A stretch of 64,000 nucleotides of DNA. Origin: Anthoceros angustus. Its lineage: Eukaryota; Plantae; Anthocerotophyta. Every line of letters begins with the position of its first letter. Within the stretch, counting starts at the first letter, position 1. The stretch spans positions 390,248-454,247 of the forward strand of contig MU008199.1 in NCBI GenBank assembly GCA_010909165.1, in the 5' to 3' direction. Positions 23,980-35,529 of the stretch are shown in pieces. The position numbers and the translations under genes are program-made. The notes beneath the pieces are model-generated. The model was not told the origin of the DNA, did not search any database, and saw only the letters and a list, made by a program, of their open reading frames with translations.

Positions 23980-26942
23980 CAGCCACATTCAGTAACTGCG
24001 ATACCTGCAACCATAGCAATCAAGAACGGACTCGTAATGCAAGGACTGGTTCGATGACCTAGGCCGGGTATACTATACCAAACGAGAACACAAGCACAAG
24101 GCGTGAAGGAGAGGAGAGGGTCAAGGCACATACTTTTTTCTTTTCTGCTGGATCCTCCAGCAAAATGCCGCAACACCAAACCCACAGCTAGCCAGGCCTA
24201 TGCCAACTGCAGCACCCATTGGGACAGATACTACAGAACTACTGGTCCCTTCCTCCAAATCAGTGGCCACAGAAAGATCACGATTCACAGACTTCAATAT
24301 TGGCTCTGTATAGCTCGGAACCAGCAAAGAGCCGTAGGTTGTCAAAATAAATGAGAAGACTTCAGTCTCATTCCACTTTGGTCCTTGCTCTGCACTATCT
24401 TGACTCTCCTCCATACAAGCAGGACATACGTTCTTTGGGGGCCAGATCACCTTCGGATACTTGGGATCCCTACCAGAAGCTTCCTCCTTCATCAGTCGGC
24501 CATTCACCTGCGCCATAGGGAATCATTGACGCTTTTTTTGCCCACAAACCCTGTGGCAGCGGTTTGTTCTACAATTCTGTCCTGTTTGTTGCAAAAATAT
24601 AAGCACAATCGGAGAGCATAATGACACTCAACAACATCAAAACCAACCTCATTGTGAGCCCGCCAAAGCCACAATACAAGTTCCTGCTGAGACGAGGCAG
24701 TGCCGTTCAGACTGCACAACACTCAGTGAATCAGTTCTCCACAAACGTGTTTCTCAGATACCAAGCCAACCTTTCAAAAGCTGTAGATTGCTCAACTGGG
24801 CCCACGTTCAAATAAGCGTGGACAAGGTTAGTCTACCTGGCTTTCATTTTTGCGAAATGTGCACGGCATTCTTCACAGGGGAAGAAATGAAGAACAAAAT
24901 CCTGGATGGTTTTCAAAGTTGATGTGCTTTCCCAATCGTCAACTCGTACTGAAAGTGAATGGAAGAGAAGCCAGAGTCCGCAACTGCACAAAGGGCCAAA
25001 TACACATTCGTGATATTCAGAATAACCCCTAGCGACCTGACAAAACTGGAATGCAAACTGACAGGAAAAACCCGATTTCTGCTTGGATTGCCTCACAACA
25101 TTGAACAAAAGATAGCTACTGGTGGATTTCCATGACCACCATCCACAAGGACTCCGTTTGTCAAGGACATGGCATGCACCTGTAGCCACGGGTACCAGGT
25201 TTGCTTCCTCTGCAAGTCCTCTGCACATTTCAAGCACCGCAATTGTCAAAGTTCATGTTGAGGTGGTAAACAAGTGTGTCACCCAATTCAGACAAGCTCA
25301 AAGTTTAGGGCAGACCCATCCGCTTGGACGACTCTTTCCACAGACATTTATATCTTTAAGGGCATTCAAGTTTGCTCCCGAATGATCCCTGATAGCTTCG
25401 TTGACTATGACACTCTTTGACGAGGGCCACAAATCATCTAAAGTTGCAAGAACTTCTGCACTTCCTATTCTACACCTGATGCAATAATGGAAAGGGAGTA
25501 ACCAGGTTAGGGACCCGAATTCAGTTTCACTCTAGCTTCTAAGGGGTAGAGATGTTGCAGGTACCTTTTCGAAGGATGGTGTAAGACAAGTAGTTGCAAA
25601 AAATTAACGAATGCCGATTTGCTCTCAGACTTGAGCATCTACTCAAGCACGAGATGAATAGGATGAGCTTCTGAGACGCAGAGGAGGATAAGGACAGCTA
25701 ATGCAGTTACTGCTGAGGTATTTGCCTACAGAAAATTCACATTAGCTTACGTTGCTGTCCAATATTATTTTAACCGCCTCTACAGTAACTTCCTCTGTGT
25801 CGTGAACTTGCACGGGAACCTGCACACTTCTAACAATATTTAAAACTGTGTCCTACCCAACTATCAGCATATCAGAAACAGATACGAGTATAGACCAACC
25901 TGCACATATGAGGTTCCATCTGATTCCCCAGATTCCACGGGTGGAGCACCAAACTCATAGTTCCTGGTAAAAAGCAAGAATGGTTATCAGGATTGCTTTT
26001 GCTCACAGCATGCTAACACTGCACAGCCTTAAACATAAGTGGTTACACATTCCAGTGACTGTTTCAAGACATTACCGTCCAGATCGTTTATTGATCCATT
26101 GCAGCAATTTGTCTGCATTTCGAGCACCTTCAATCTCCACTGTGTCAAGACTGCTTCCTTTGCCCAAGGTCAGCTCGTACGGGCGGCCCCAGTATAAGGT
26201 GGGGAAGTGCCCAATTTCAAACCGGTCACAAAGTCCTCTGTTGACCTGTGCTGCCAGGCCCTCCAGACACAGTCAGAGAAGTGGAAAGCAGCTCGATGAA
26301 TGGCAAGATGCTACCGTGTGTACAGCAACATAAACCCAGCATTCTAGCAGCTAAGATCAGGAGACTCAAAGCGAGACGCCTTTCAACAGGCTGCATACCG
26401 GTAGAGCACAGTCCACCTTCGCCATGTACAGATAACCTGGGTAGGGCGCGGAGGGGCCATTGAAAAGTCTCGCAACACGCTCATAGTGCGGCTGCAAGGG
26501 GCACAATCTATCAGTTGCAGGCCTAACAGAATTGGTTGCCAACCATCACCAGGTTGTCGAGGAGAAAGGATTAAGCTTCACCCATTTACCTTGTACTTCT
26601 GACAAGCAGGGCACCTGTATCCCACCAATACCCAGTTACAGAGTGCACAAAAGCATTCTCCCAACCTCGCAGACGTCTTAATACAGCTGAAAGAGTTACG
26701 AACTACACCGCCCAACACCGCATTGCAGCAGCCACGTACCAATTCGCAAAGAATTCTACAACAGCATAGGGAGTGGGCTGCGAGCCAAGAGTCCGGTTGA
26801 AGGTGTCCTTGTCCAGCTCCACCGCGGCGTCAGTCGATTCAGCGTGCACGAGCTTTTGGGAGTGACGTCCAGCCGAAGCAGGGACCACAAGCAGCAGCAG
26901 AAGCGAAAACAAAAGGGCCCAGATCCGCCATGGCTGCCACAT
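23980..26942 (-). CDS. QSOX: Quiescin sulfhydryl oxidase (QSOX), multi-exon
   Basis: Signal peptide, then thioredoxin domain AVVEFFANW/CPACQKYK/PHYERVARLFNG. Erv domain FFPCEECRAHF, LWLWRAHNEVN and WPPKNVCPAC, followed by a C-terminal TM helix. The 3' end is approximate. Confidence 0.92.
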
Positions 26943-27528
26943 GCTGCTGCCTCCACTGTGAACCCGGCAATGGGCAGTGGCAGCGGGACCCAGGGCCGAT
27001 CAAAACGCAGAAATTGATGAACGGCCTCGGGCGCATTTATAGAGACTTGCCTCTAGATTCCCCCAAAAGGGTAAATCGTGGAAGTTGGCAACTTCGGTTC
27101 CCTGTTCCGTGTCCCATCGGGAGCACCCAGGTGGGTTGCTTGATTTGGTCCCGGAAGAGCAGAAACAGGTGTGAGCGGGATTCAGTATCTTTCCCGACTC
27201 GAAGGGCCCGAGCCCGAAGAAGGCCATCACTGATCGGCATTGTCCTGTACGCCCGCGCTGTCTGTCGGACTCACGTCCGAACGATATTCACGTTGAGCGC
27301 CATTTTGGTGCAAGCATGAGCAGGGGTTTGCCAAGAGAGAAGGTGTTCGCATTCGGCGCTGCGGCTGCTGCGTGCTGACTGCAGAGCTGCTGGTGCCGGT
27401 GGGACTTGTCGGGTCCCTCTACCACCCAATGTTGTTTCCATGCTCTCCTCACAGGCGGTGGACGTTGGACAGTTTTAGAGGGTTTGGGCCCTGCTTTTCA
27501 ATGCCCTGGGTGGATCATGGTTTTAGCT

Positions 27529-30230
27529 ATGAGAAGGAAGGCACACGGTTTCCGGCGATGGCATTGGAAAGCTTCCATGCTGTTCCTCGGGATCGCGGGG
27601 ATTGTGTTGATGCTCAGGCTGCAGTATATGTTATCGCCGTCTGATATTGTTCCTGACCTCAGCCTCCACTCGAGCTTACCAGCCGGGCCTAAACTCGCTT
27701 TCTTGTTCTTGGCACGGAATCGCATGCCCCTGGAATTTCTCTGGGAGCACTTCTTCAGGGTACGCTTTCGCCATCTGTTAGAAGAGTGTAAAATCCAGAG
27801 ACATAGGCTGCTCCCCAAACCAAGAAGCCGATTTACTTGCAATTCAATTTTTTGAGCTGGCATGCAGGGATCTGAAGGCCATGACTTCAGCATATACATC
27901 CATGCAAGGCCTGGTTTCGTGTATACGGAGGAAACAACGCACTGCCATTTTTTTATTGACCGCCAGATGAAGAACAGCATTCAGGTAGGCGGTGCCTCTG
28001 GCCCGTGCAAGTGATTTGAGTGGTTCATGGGCTCTTCTCACCTGAATCAATGTTTAGGTAGAATGGGGGGAGGCAAGCATGATAGAGGCGGAGCACCTCC
28101 TGCTGTCTAAAGCCTTGGAGGATCCTGCTAATGAGCGGTTTATACTGCTCTCCGACAGGTTAGTCACGACTGGTTTCGTAATGATTTCCAATCCGTAGCG
28201 GACTGCATCATTCTCCTCACTGTAGTTGATTATGCTTTTTCTGCAGTCCTGTAGGGGGCAGCAGTTGCTCGTCCTGTTTACGCCCTGAAGTATCCATGAT
28301 GCACTCTAACGTCCTTACCCCGGATTCATCCGATTGCTGCAGCTGTATTCCCCTGTACAATTTTAGCTACACCTATGAGTACATCATGTCGTCGAACAAG
28401 AGCTTTTTGGACAGGTGGGTGTAATTTAAAGAGTGCTGTTCTCTACTCCATGCACCTGCTTGTAGAATGGCTTGTAGTGATCGGGCTGGGTGATATTGCA
28501 CCGGCAGGTTGTCATGGTATTGAGACTTGTCCAAGTTTCCCTGTGCTTTGCGCAGGCTTTGAAGGGGTTGCATAGCTTTTTCAGGCCATACTCATCCAGG
28601 TCTTATTGCTTGCTTAAACAGCTTCACTGACAAACAGGATAAACAGCACAATCCGAAGATGGCTCCCACTATACCAAGGGAAAAGTGGAGAAAAGGATCA
28701 CAGGTTCGTACTGTGTAGCACCTGAAGTTCTGGGCTTTCTGGTGCTCTTACTAGTGTGTGCAAGGAACAATTCAGAATGATAAGACGTTCTGTTTTATCT
28801 GAATTTTGTTGACCCTCTCAGCTGCTGACTGAGAAATGGTTGTGAACAGTGGTTCGTGCTGATTAGGAAGCATGCCGAACTGGTGGTTGCTGACGAGACC
28901 ATTTTTCCAGTTTTTCGCAAGCTTTGCAAGGTAGCTGTGTGCACTATTCTGTGAGGGATGACATCATCATAGGAGTTGATTTAAGCGTTGCTATGGCAAG
29001 GGCTGTATCAGCTGTCCTGAATTTTGTTCTTGATCAATTATCACAGCGGAGTTCACTGCCCGAATTTTGGAGGGAATCGGATTTGGTAAGTGCTTGTATG
29101 TCAGTGAAGTCGTTTGAGCATCTTGGGCAACTTGATGCTTGCATTTGTCGCGGGGCAATACTCCGGTCAGCTTTCCTGATCTTCGTCATGAACCTTCGCA
29201 GATTGCTTTTAACAAGACAGGTTCACACGCCAACTGCATACCAGATGAGCACTACATCCAGACATTAATTGCGGTGCGTTTCGTTTTAGCCCTAGCTTGG
29301 TGTTTTTTAATTCTAGTGGATGTATCCTGAGGGTCTCCCACTCGCTATCTAGTTTCACTTGCACACAGGGTCGATGGTGTGAGAAAATTGCTGTGTTTCG
29401 GGATGTCCCTCACCGGCCGAGGATGGAGATGTGTAGCACCTCATGTAGTACCTGAATTTGTCCGGCTTTTGAGTTTGCTTGAGTGCAAAGGATTTGCTTG
29501 TCCCTTCAGCTATTATCATGCAGTTAAAGCTCAGAAGCAGCCGCTTCCAAGTCAGGGACTTTGTATGTGTTTGTGCTGGAGCGTTCCTGACCACGGTCCA
29601 TGTTGAAGAGGTTGAAGAGTCTTGTATGTATATAATGAACAAGCTTCAGTTTCCTGCAAGGCTTTCCTGGTGGTGAAGTTTGTTCCAAGGTCGAAACTGT
29701 TATGTTCTGAGTATGCTGTACTTGTATCCTTTTCACCCTGCCTGGTTGGCTGTAAAACGGTCCGAGTCTGGAAGGTTTTTTATCATGATTTTATCATTTT
29801 GTTGAGCCATTTGCTCAGAACATGTGGTTTTTGCCATAGATCAAAGGAAGTGAAGAAGAGCTTGAGCGGAGAACCCTCACCTACAGCCTTTGGAAGGTTA
29901 CAGATAAGGGAAGGCAGGGGTGGCATCCGGTGACATTCAATTTTGCAGAAGCCTCTTTGAAGGTCGTCAAAGATATACAGGTGAGCATTGTGTTGCTATG
30001 CCAAGTAAGATACTCGAGATGCTGTCCCTGATACAAGTGTAATCGTCCTTGCCGTGCAGGCAATAAGAAATGTATACTATGCAAGCGAATCGAGAACCGA
30101 GTGGTGCAGCTCAAATGGTGTGCCTCGTCCTTGCTACCTATTTGCAAGAAAGTTTACTCGAGGAGCTGGGGTTAGACTGTACAATCAGATAAAGAGACCT
30201 GAACAAGCGCTTGAGGGTAGAAAATTGTAA
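27529..30230 (+). CDS. Core-2/I-branching GT14-like glycosyltransferase (BC10/DUF266 type), multi-exon
   Basis: N-terminal TM helix, then PKLAFLFLARNRMPLEFLWEHFF, EWGEASMIEAE..LL..ALEDPANERFILLSD, CIPLYNFSYTYEYIM, WRKGSQW, NCIPDEHYIQTL, CYLFARKF. Confidence 0.92.
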
Positions 30231-30439
30231 AAATTCCTGTCGGAGGTAACAGATTTAATTGATTCAAGACATGTTGATAACTCCTTTGAATACCAGACAG
30301 ATCTGATGAAAGCTGATATCACAAATGGACGATGAGCAGGGTTCAAAATAGTCATAGTCTTGGAACGAAAAGAATTAGGAAGTGATAGCCATTTCAATCG
30401 AACATTAGTAGCGAAAACCATACAAATACAAGCTTGTTG

Positions 30440-31015
30440 GCGGCGACAGGCACCGGATTGAGGTGCCCCGCCTCCAGGCCTCCAGGAAGAGGACAGTGGG
30501 ATCCTCCCACGAGCAGGAAGGCTTGAAGCGCCCAGGTTAGCACAAGTCCCTGTCCATATTCCGGCCGTGGAGGAAGAAGGCGGGCGAGCCGTCGGGATTG
30601 CCCACGATCTCGAACACGGGCGACCACACCAGGCCCGCGTCCAGGCCCTCGGTCCCCAGCTACTGCGACATGATCCGCCATCCCACCACGGAGACAAGTT
30701 GCCCACCAGCGGGCTCACGCTGTGGAGGAAGCAGCAGAGGGCCATGAAGGAGGCCATGGCGCTGCGCCAGGCGTGCACGTCCACCGCGTCCCGCGCCACC
30801 AGTCTCTCGCAGCGCGGCAGCCACAGCGCCTTGTCGGACGCGCGCCGGCTGCTCAGCTTCCGGCAGGTGGAGCTCAGATTGCACACATCCCTGACCCGCA
30901 TCGCGCCGGAGATGAGCTCCAGCTCGTCGTCCGGGAGCTCCGGCAAGGGCCTCTCCATGCTGCTCCCTTCGAAGTCCCCCCCGCCATCGCCGTCTCCTTT
31001 CTTCCCTCCCTTCAC
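30440..31015 (-). pseudogene. Truncated, diverged copy of the N-terminal part of the F-box gene at 41.7-43.9 kb
   Basis: LPELPDDELELISGAMRVRDVCNLSSTCRKL..SDKALWLPRCERLV parallels LQELPDDVLALISGAMQHRDLCYLSSTCRKL..SDKLWLPHCERLV. It has an internal deletion, a frameshift and a stop. Confidence 0.85.
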
Positions 31016-31129
31016 CGCTCCGCCTTCGCTCGCGCATTCGTATGCAATCCTGAGCTCCTTTCCGGGTCTGCCGTGCTCTCACCTGGTTCAGCCACTCCCT
31101 TCCGCTCGCACAGCTGGTTCCCATACCAG

Positions 31130-31770
31130 GCATTACTTCAAGGTGATCCCGTCCAGATCGTTTGCTGAATCATTGCAGCTATCTGTCTGCAGTTCGAGCA
31201 CCTTCATCAGCGACTCCAATCTTCACTTTGTCAGGGCTGCTTCCTTTGCCCGAGGCCAGCTCGTTCGGGCGGCCAATGTCATCCTCTCTTCACCTGTGCT
31301 CCAAGGGCTTATGGTACACAAGCCCTCCAAACACAGTCACACAAGTGGAGAGCACGCATCAATCGCGCGGTCATCACCCTTGTCCTCTACGCCAAAACAC
31401 ACGGGGGCTGCTCCTCTGACCAAGAAGCCAATTTGCCTGCACTTCATTTTTTTGAACTGGTATGCAGGGATCTGACGGCCATGACTTCAGCAGAAGCAGA
31501 TACATCCATGCAAGGCCTGATTTCGTGCGTGGTGACTCTGGCCCGTGCAAGTGATTGAGTCTTGCATGGACTCCTCTCACCTGGATCAATGTTCAGGTTT
31601 TCATGATGTCCTCATCGTGGGAAGCAGTTTCGTTTCGTGTTTACATTCCGAATTATCCATGGCGCTTTCGAATCCCTGGATTCATGCGATTGATGCAGCA
31701 GTATCTGCTGTCCAAATTGAGCTACACGTTTGAGTACATTATGTCGTCCAACAAGAGCTTTTTGAACAGG
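31130..31770. pseudogene. Duplicated fragments of QSOX (~31130-31350) and the GT14-like gene (~31400-31770)
   Basis: Direct nucleotide similarity to 26070-26290 (QSOX exon plus intron) and to 27810-28060 and 28290-28415 (GT exons plus introns), in the same orientation as the sources. Confidence 0.85.
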
Positions 31771-32048
31771 TCGCTGTACACAATCAAGGTCTGCGGGAGG
31801 TTGTTGAATTCTTGGTAGAGAGAGAAGCGCCTGCTGCCCGTGGTAATGTACCACGGTATCTGGTAAGGCTTCGTGGTTATGCAAATCCTGTCTGGTTTCT
31901 TGAAGATGTGTAACAAGGAGGAGGTCATCGAGGATAGCGACATCTTCGTACCGGGGAAGAGTAACAGTATTGGTCAAATAAGGTAGAAAGGTGAAAAATT
32001 GGAAGAGGTAAAAAACTAAATTAGTAGCTGTCCTCTTAGCAAGATGCA

Positions 32049-32232
32049 TGTGTTGCATTCTTATGCAACCTCTTGAGGAATTGCTACAACCACAAATGAT
32101 ATAAATAAATAAAGAGGTGTTGGATAGCTTACAGAAGGTGTGTTGCATGCTTCATGCAACTTCTTTTTGAAGAATTGCTACAACCACAAATGGTATAAAT
32201 AAATGAAGAGCCGCTGGATAGCTTATAGAAGG
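32049..32232. repeat. ~92-bp direct tandem duplication
   Basis: tgtgttgcat...atgcaac...gaattgctacaaccacaaatg.tataaataaa...ggatagctta.agaagg present twice. Confidence 0.8.
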
Positions 32233-32644
32233 AGGTATATAAATTACTCTAGGGCTGAGCTTATATGTGGCCGCTCACATGGGCGTTTGGGCCAATTTGA
32301 CAAAATTAGTTTCGAACATTCTTTTTCTATCAAGAGTACGCAATCGACTGTAGTTCGATGCGAATGCAAACAGAGGCGCGCCGATGGTGGGGAGGAAGGC
32401 CACCCGCTGGCCCCGCTCCAGTGGGGACCTGTGGTAGGGGTGCTGGGCGATGCCCTCGCCCTGGTAAATGGCCACCGTCCCCGCCAAGTGGCCGTCCCGG
32501 AGGCCCATTATGCATGGGCAACGTTACGGAACGGCCGCGGGGGAGCCAGCCAGTGAGCAAACTGTGTAGGTGTAGAGTCGCTTTTGAGGACAGGTTTCAC
32601 TACATTCCGTAGCCCACAAAGTAAAACACTGCACATGAGGACTG

Positions 32645-32716
32645 AGGAGGCAACCAGGATTGAACTGATGACCTATCGGACTGCAGCCGATTGCTCTACC
32701 ACTGAGCTATACCTCC
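32645..32716 (-). tRNA. tRNA-Cys(GCA)
   Basis: GGAGGTATAGCTCAGTGGTAGAGCAATCGGCTGCAGTCCGATAGGTCATCAGTTCAATCCTGGTTGCCTCCT. All four stems pair, the anticodon is GCA, the discriminator is U, A and B boxes are intact, and there is a downstream T-run. Confidence 0.93.
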
Positions 32717-32806
32717 TCGTACGACCACATTGTGGCATCAAATAATAATACTTGAGTACTGTAAACTTTAAACTAGTTTTTAGGCTTAATGTGTGTCCAA
32801 ATGGCT

Positions 32807-33232
32807 TAGGCCAAATGGACACACATTTAAAAGAACGTATGATTAAGCATCCTGAGCTTAGATCGGTACTTAGATAGGGTGCCTAAAGGGAGTGGATGCC
32901 CTTGGTGCAAGTAGCTTAGGCACACCATGGTACAAGTTGTTAAGTACCAAGTCCCATGACAGAAATCCGTCCTTAGTGGACTTAAATAAAATTCTTCTTC
33001 TTCTTCTTCTTCTTCATCCGTTACATATCAGCTAATCCTTGAAGTAATCATACTCCTCATATCTAAGCTACCTAGTCTTAGGACAAATGAACACACATTT
33101 ATAAAAACACTGCTATTAAGCATTCTGCGGTTAGATCGGTACTAAGATGGGGTGTCGAGAGAGAGTGGAAGCCCTTGGTGAAAATAGCTCAGGTACACCA
33201 TGGTCTAAGTTGTTCAAGTACCAAGGACACAT
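32807..33232. repeat. Two diverged ~155-bp direct repeats (32807-32959, 33078-33232)
   Basis: Shared ttagg.caaatg.acacacattt...attaagcat...ttagatcggtact.agat.gggtg...gcccttggtg...caccatggt..aagttgtt.aagtaccaag. Confidence 0.8.
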
Positions 33233-33339
33233 GTGATTGGCTTATGTATACAGATAAATTACTTGTGAACGGAGGAAGTGCAAATATGTTCAAAATTTAA
33301 AAATCCATAAAAAGATGTAAATACATTATAATCATAATA

Positions 33340-33900
33340 TGGCAGATGGACGGATTGGACAAGGAGACAGCTTTGGATGGTAATGAGATGTGAGAATTGG
33401 CTGCTCTTGGCCGGATGACTCGGAAGGAGCAAGAGCAACCTCCATGTCCAGATGTGGTTTCAGTCCACACCAACATCAGCTCCGATGTCAAGCAGCCTCT
33501 TGATCGTCTCTCCAGGCAGAACACACGCGTAGCCGTGCCAAGAGACTGGATCAAGCTAACAAATCCGTGGTCACGTGCACTGACCAGGTCACAAGCGTGT
33601 CCCTCTAGTCTCCAAGTTGTGCGGATGACGAAGTTGAAACTTGGCACCAACGACAGGTGCGCAGCCAATAGATCGGGAAGAGAGGCTTGAGGTGAGACAA
33701 GAAGCCTTAGGGCAGGCCTTGGCCACGGGGTTGTGAAAACATTGGAAGTAGGGTACAAATGCAACATGACTCCAGGCTGAAGCCTCAAGTGTTTCTCTGC
33801 CTTTGATGCTGCCTCACCTCGAACAAGGCCCCGGCGAGACGGGCCGCAATACATTGCAAGCAACACAAGCAAAAGCAAAGGCAACAACCCACGGCGGTTC
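33340..33900 (-). pseudogene. Degenerate paralog of the secreted-peptide precursor gene at 40 kb
   Basis: Nucleotide similarity 33390-33700 versus 40120-40420 (gctcttgg..ggatgactcggaag.agcaagagc; gcacaacttgga; cctggtcagtg). It retains EVALAPSESSGQEQP but lacks the HTDY motif. Confidence 0.65.
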
Positions 33901-34168
33901 GATGGCCTTCTCAGGGCTGTGACAGGAAGAAACAAGACGCGGCAGAAGAATCCTACACCATCATCTTGAGCTTCATGCTGAGTGACTGGCATGCAAAACC
34001 AAACATTACGGACTGCAACAATTCGGAGCGCAGATGGGTACCGGTATCAAAGTAGACTATGTGATGCCACAGTATCGAAACGTTCACGAGCTGCTTCCCG
34101 GAGCTGGAGGCTGAAGAGTAGGAGACCACGATGGCTTCGGACGAAACGCTAGACCTAATAATGTATTG

Positions 34169-34214
34169 CCCCATATGGTTGAGAAACGGACCGTGGCGCC
34201 TCTGCGATATATAC
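34169..34214 (+). promoter_or_regulatory. U2 promoter: USE-like element (ccccatatgg, ~-70) and TATA (gatatata, ~-30)
   Basis: The position relative to the U2 start matches plant Pol II snRNA promoter architecture. Confidence 0.65.
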
Positions 34215-34238
34215 AGCCTCACCTTATCGCATTGAAGT

Positions 34239-34435
34239 ATACCTTTCTCGGCCTTTTGGCTAAGATCAAGTGTAGTATCTGTTCTCATCAGTTTAATGTC
34301 TGATACGTGGGTCATCAATCCACACTATATTAATCTAATTTCTTTCCGGGGGAGGATCTTATATGTGGTAGCTTGCTACCACGGTTCCTCATGTGTCGCT
34401 TTGGTCTTGCACCATCGCCATTGCCTGGCGCCCCC
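34239..34435 (+). ncRNA. U2: U2 spliceosomal snRNA
   Basis: ATACCTTTCTCGGCCTTTTGGCTAAGATCAAGTGTAGTATCTGTTC 5' end with branch-point pairing GTGTAGTA. Sm-like AATTTCTTTC, and 3' stem-loop IV with a TTGCAC loop. Confidence 0.97.
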
Positions 34436-34564
34436 CACCCCCACAAAGCAAAACCACATTGGATTTTGATCGGCTGGGCTGAGTGTGCGGGAGGAAGCTT
34501 GAGCCGTGAGGTGATGGAGTTTTACGCGCGGGGGCATAACCGTCATCGAGTTTCGAACTTGCTG

Positions 34565-34808
34565 CCTGCAGGATCATACACATGTCCATGTTACGGAGTT
34601 CCAATTTGCTAAGTCTCAAAGCTGGCCGCCTTCTTGCCTGCAGGCATTACTTTCCTTGGCTGGACTGCTAACAAAACACGGAGGAGCATAACCCTAAGCG
34701 AGTTTCCTGCAGGAGCATACACATTCACGGAGTTCTAACTTGCTAAGGCTCAAAGCAGGCCGCCTTCTTGCCTGCAGCCATTCTTTTCTTTGGCTGGACT
34801 GCTGACAA
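34565..34808. repeat. ~105-bp diverged direct repeat downstream of U2
   Basis: cctgcagga.catacacat...acggagtt..aa.ttgctaag.ctcaaagc.ggccgccttcttgcctgcag.catt...ttggctggactgct.acaaa present twice. Confidence 0.8.
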
Positions 34809-35529
34809 ATTTATGACAAGTCTTTTTCCTGTTCAGCATGTCCTTGCAATTATCTGAAGATGTGTGCCCTAGCACCCGATCACAAGATCCCATCCTTACT
34901 CCAATCTACACCTTATCATTTCGGTGCGTGCCCCACAGGTTGTGGGTGTTAACTTACAGTTGAGCACACTTGAGGCTCTCGGGGGCGCTATACTCAAACG
35001 GTTCCATCACTCACTACCTCAGCTCAGAAGTAGGCTGAGATGCACAAGTTTGAGGCATCTGAGCTCAAATGCAAGGTGAGATTCACAAGTTTGGACCACC
35101 TGAGCCCAAATGGAGGGCGAGATCTATGCAAAACAAATGGAGGGTGAGATCTATGCAAAAGTTTGGACCGTTTGTCAAGGTGTATGGATCGTTCCTTCAA
35201 GAAAAGCTATACATCACACTCTCTACAGCTCTGCAACTCATCTTGCACTGGAGCTTGCACTGGAGCAAGTTTAGAATCATGAGAAAAATATGATTTTCAG
35301 AACAGCAGCATAGTTTGAACATATCGAGTGCACGCTTTTATGTATGTTCACTGGATGGAAATATATGGTCCATAACATTTTCCCAGGACCTAAAACTGGA
35401 CTTGGGGATTGGTAGGTGTGCTAGGGGAGTGAGAGCCTGCAGGATGATACGTATACCCGGTAGGGAGTCAGGCGTGCCCATGGTACACGGAAAGGGTTGA
35501 CATCCAGGAATTGAACCTCGGAACCTTCA

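Noticed and set aside
30567-31475. 302-aa plus-strand ORF
   Set aside because: Antisense to the GC-rich F-box fragment with no recognisable motif. It is likely open by codon bias.
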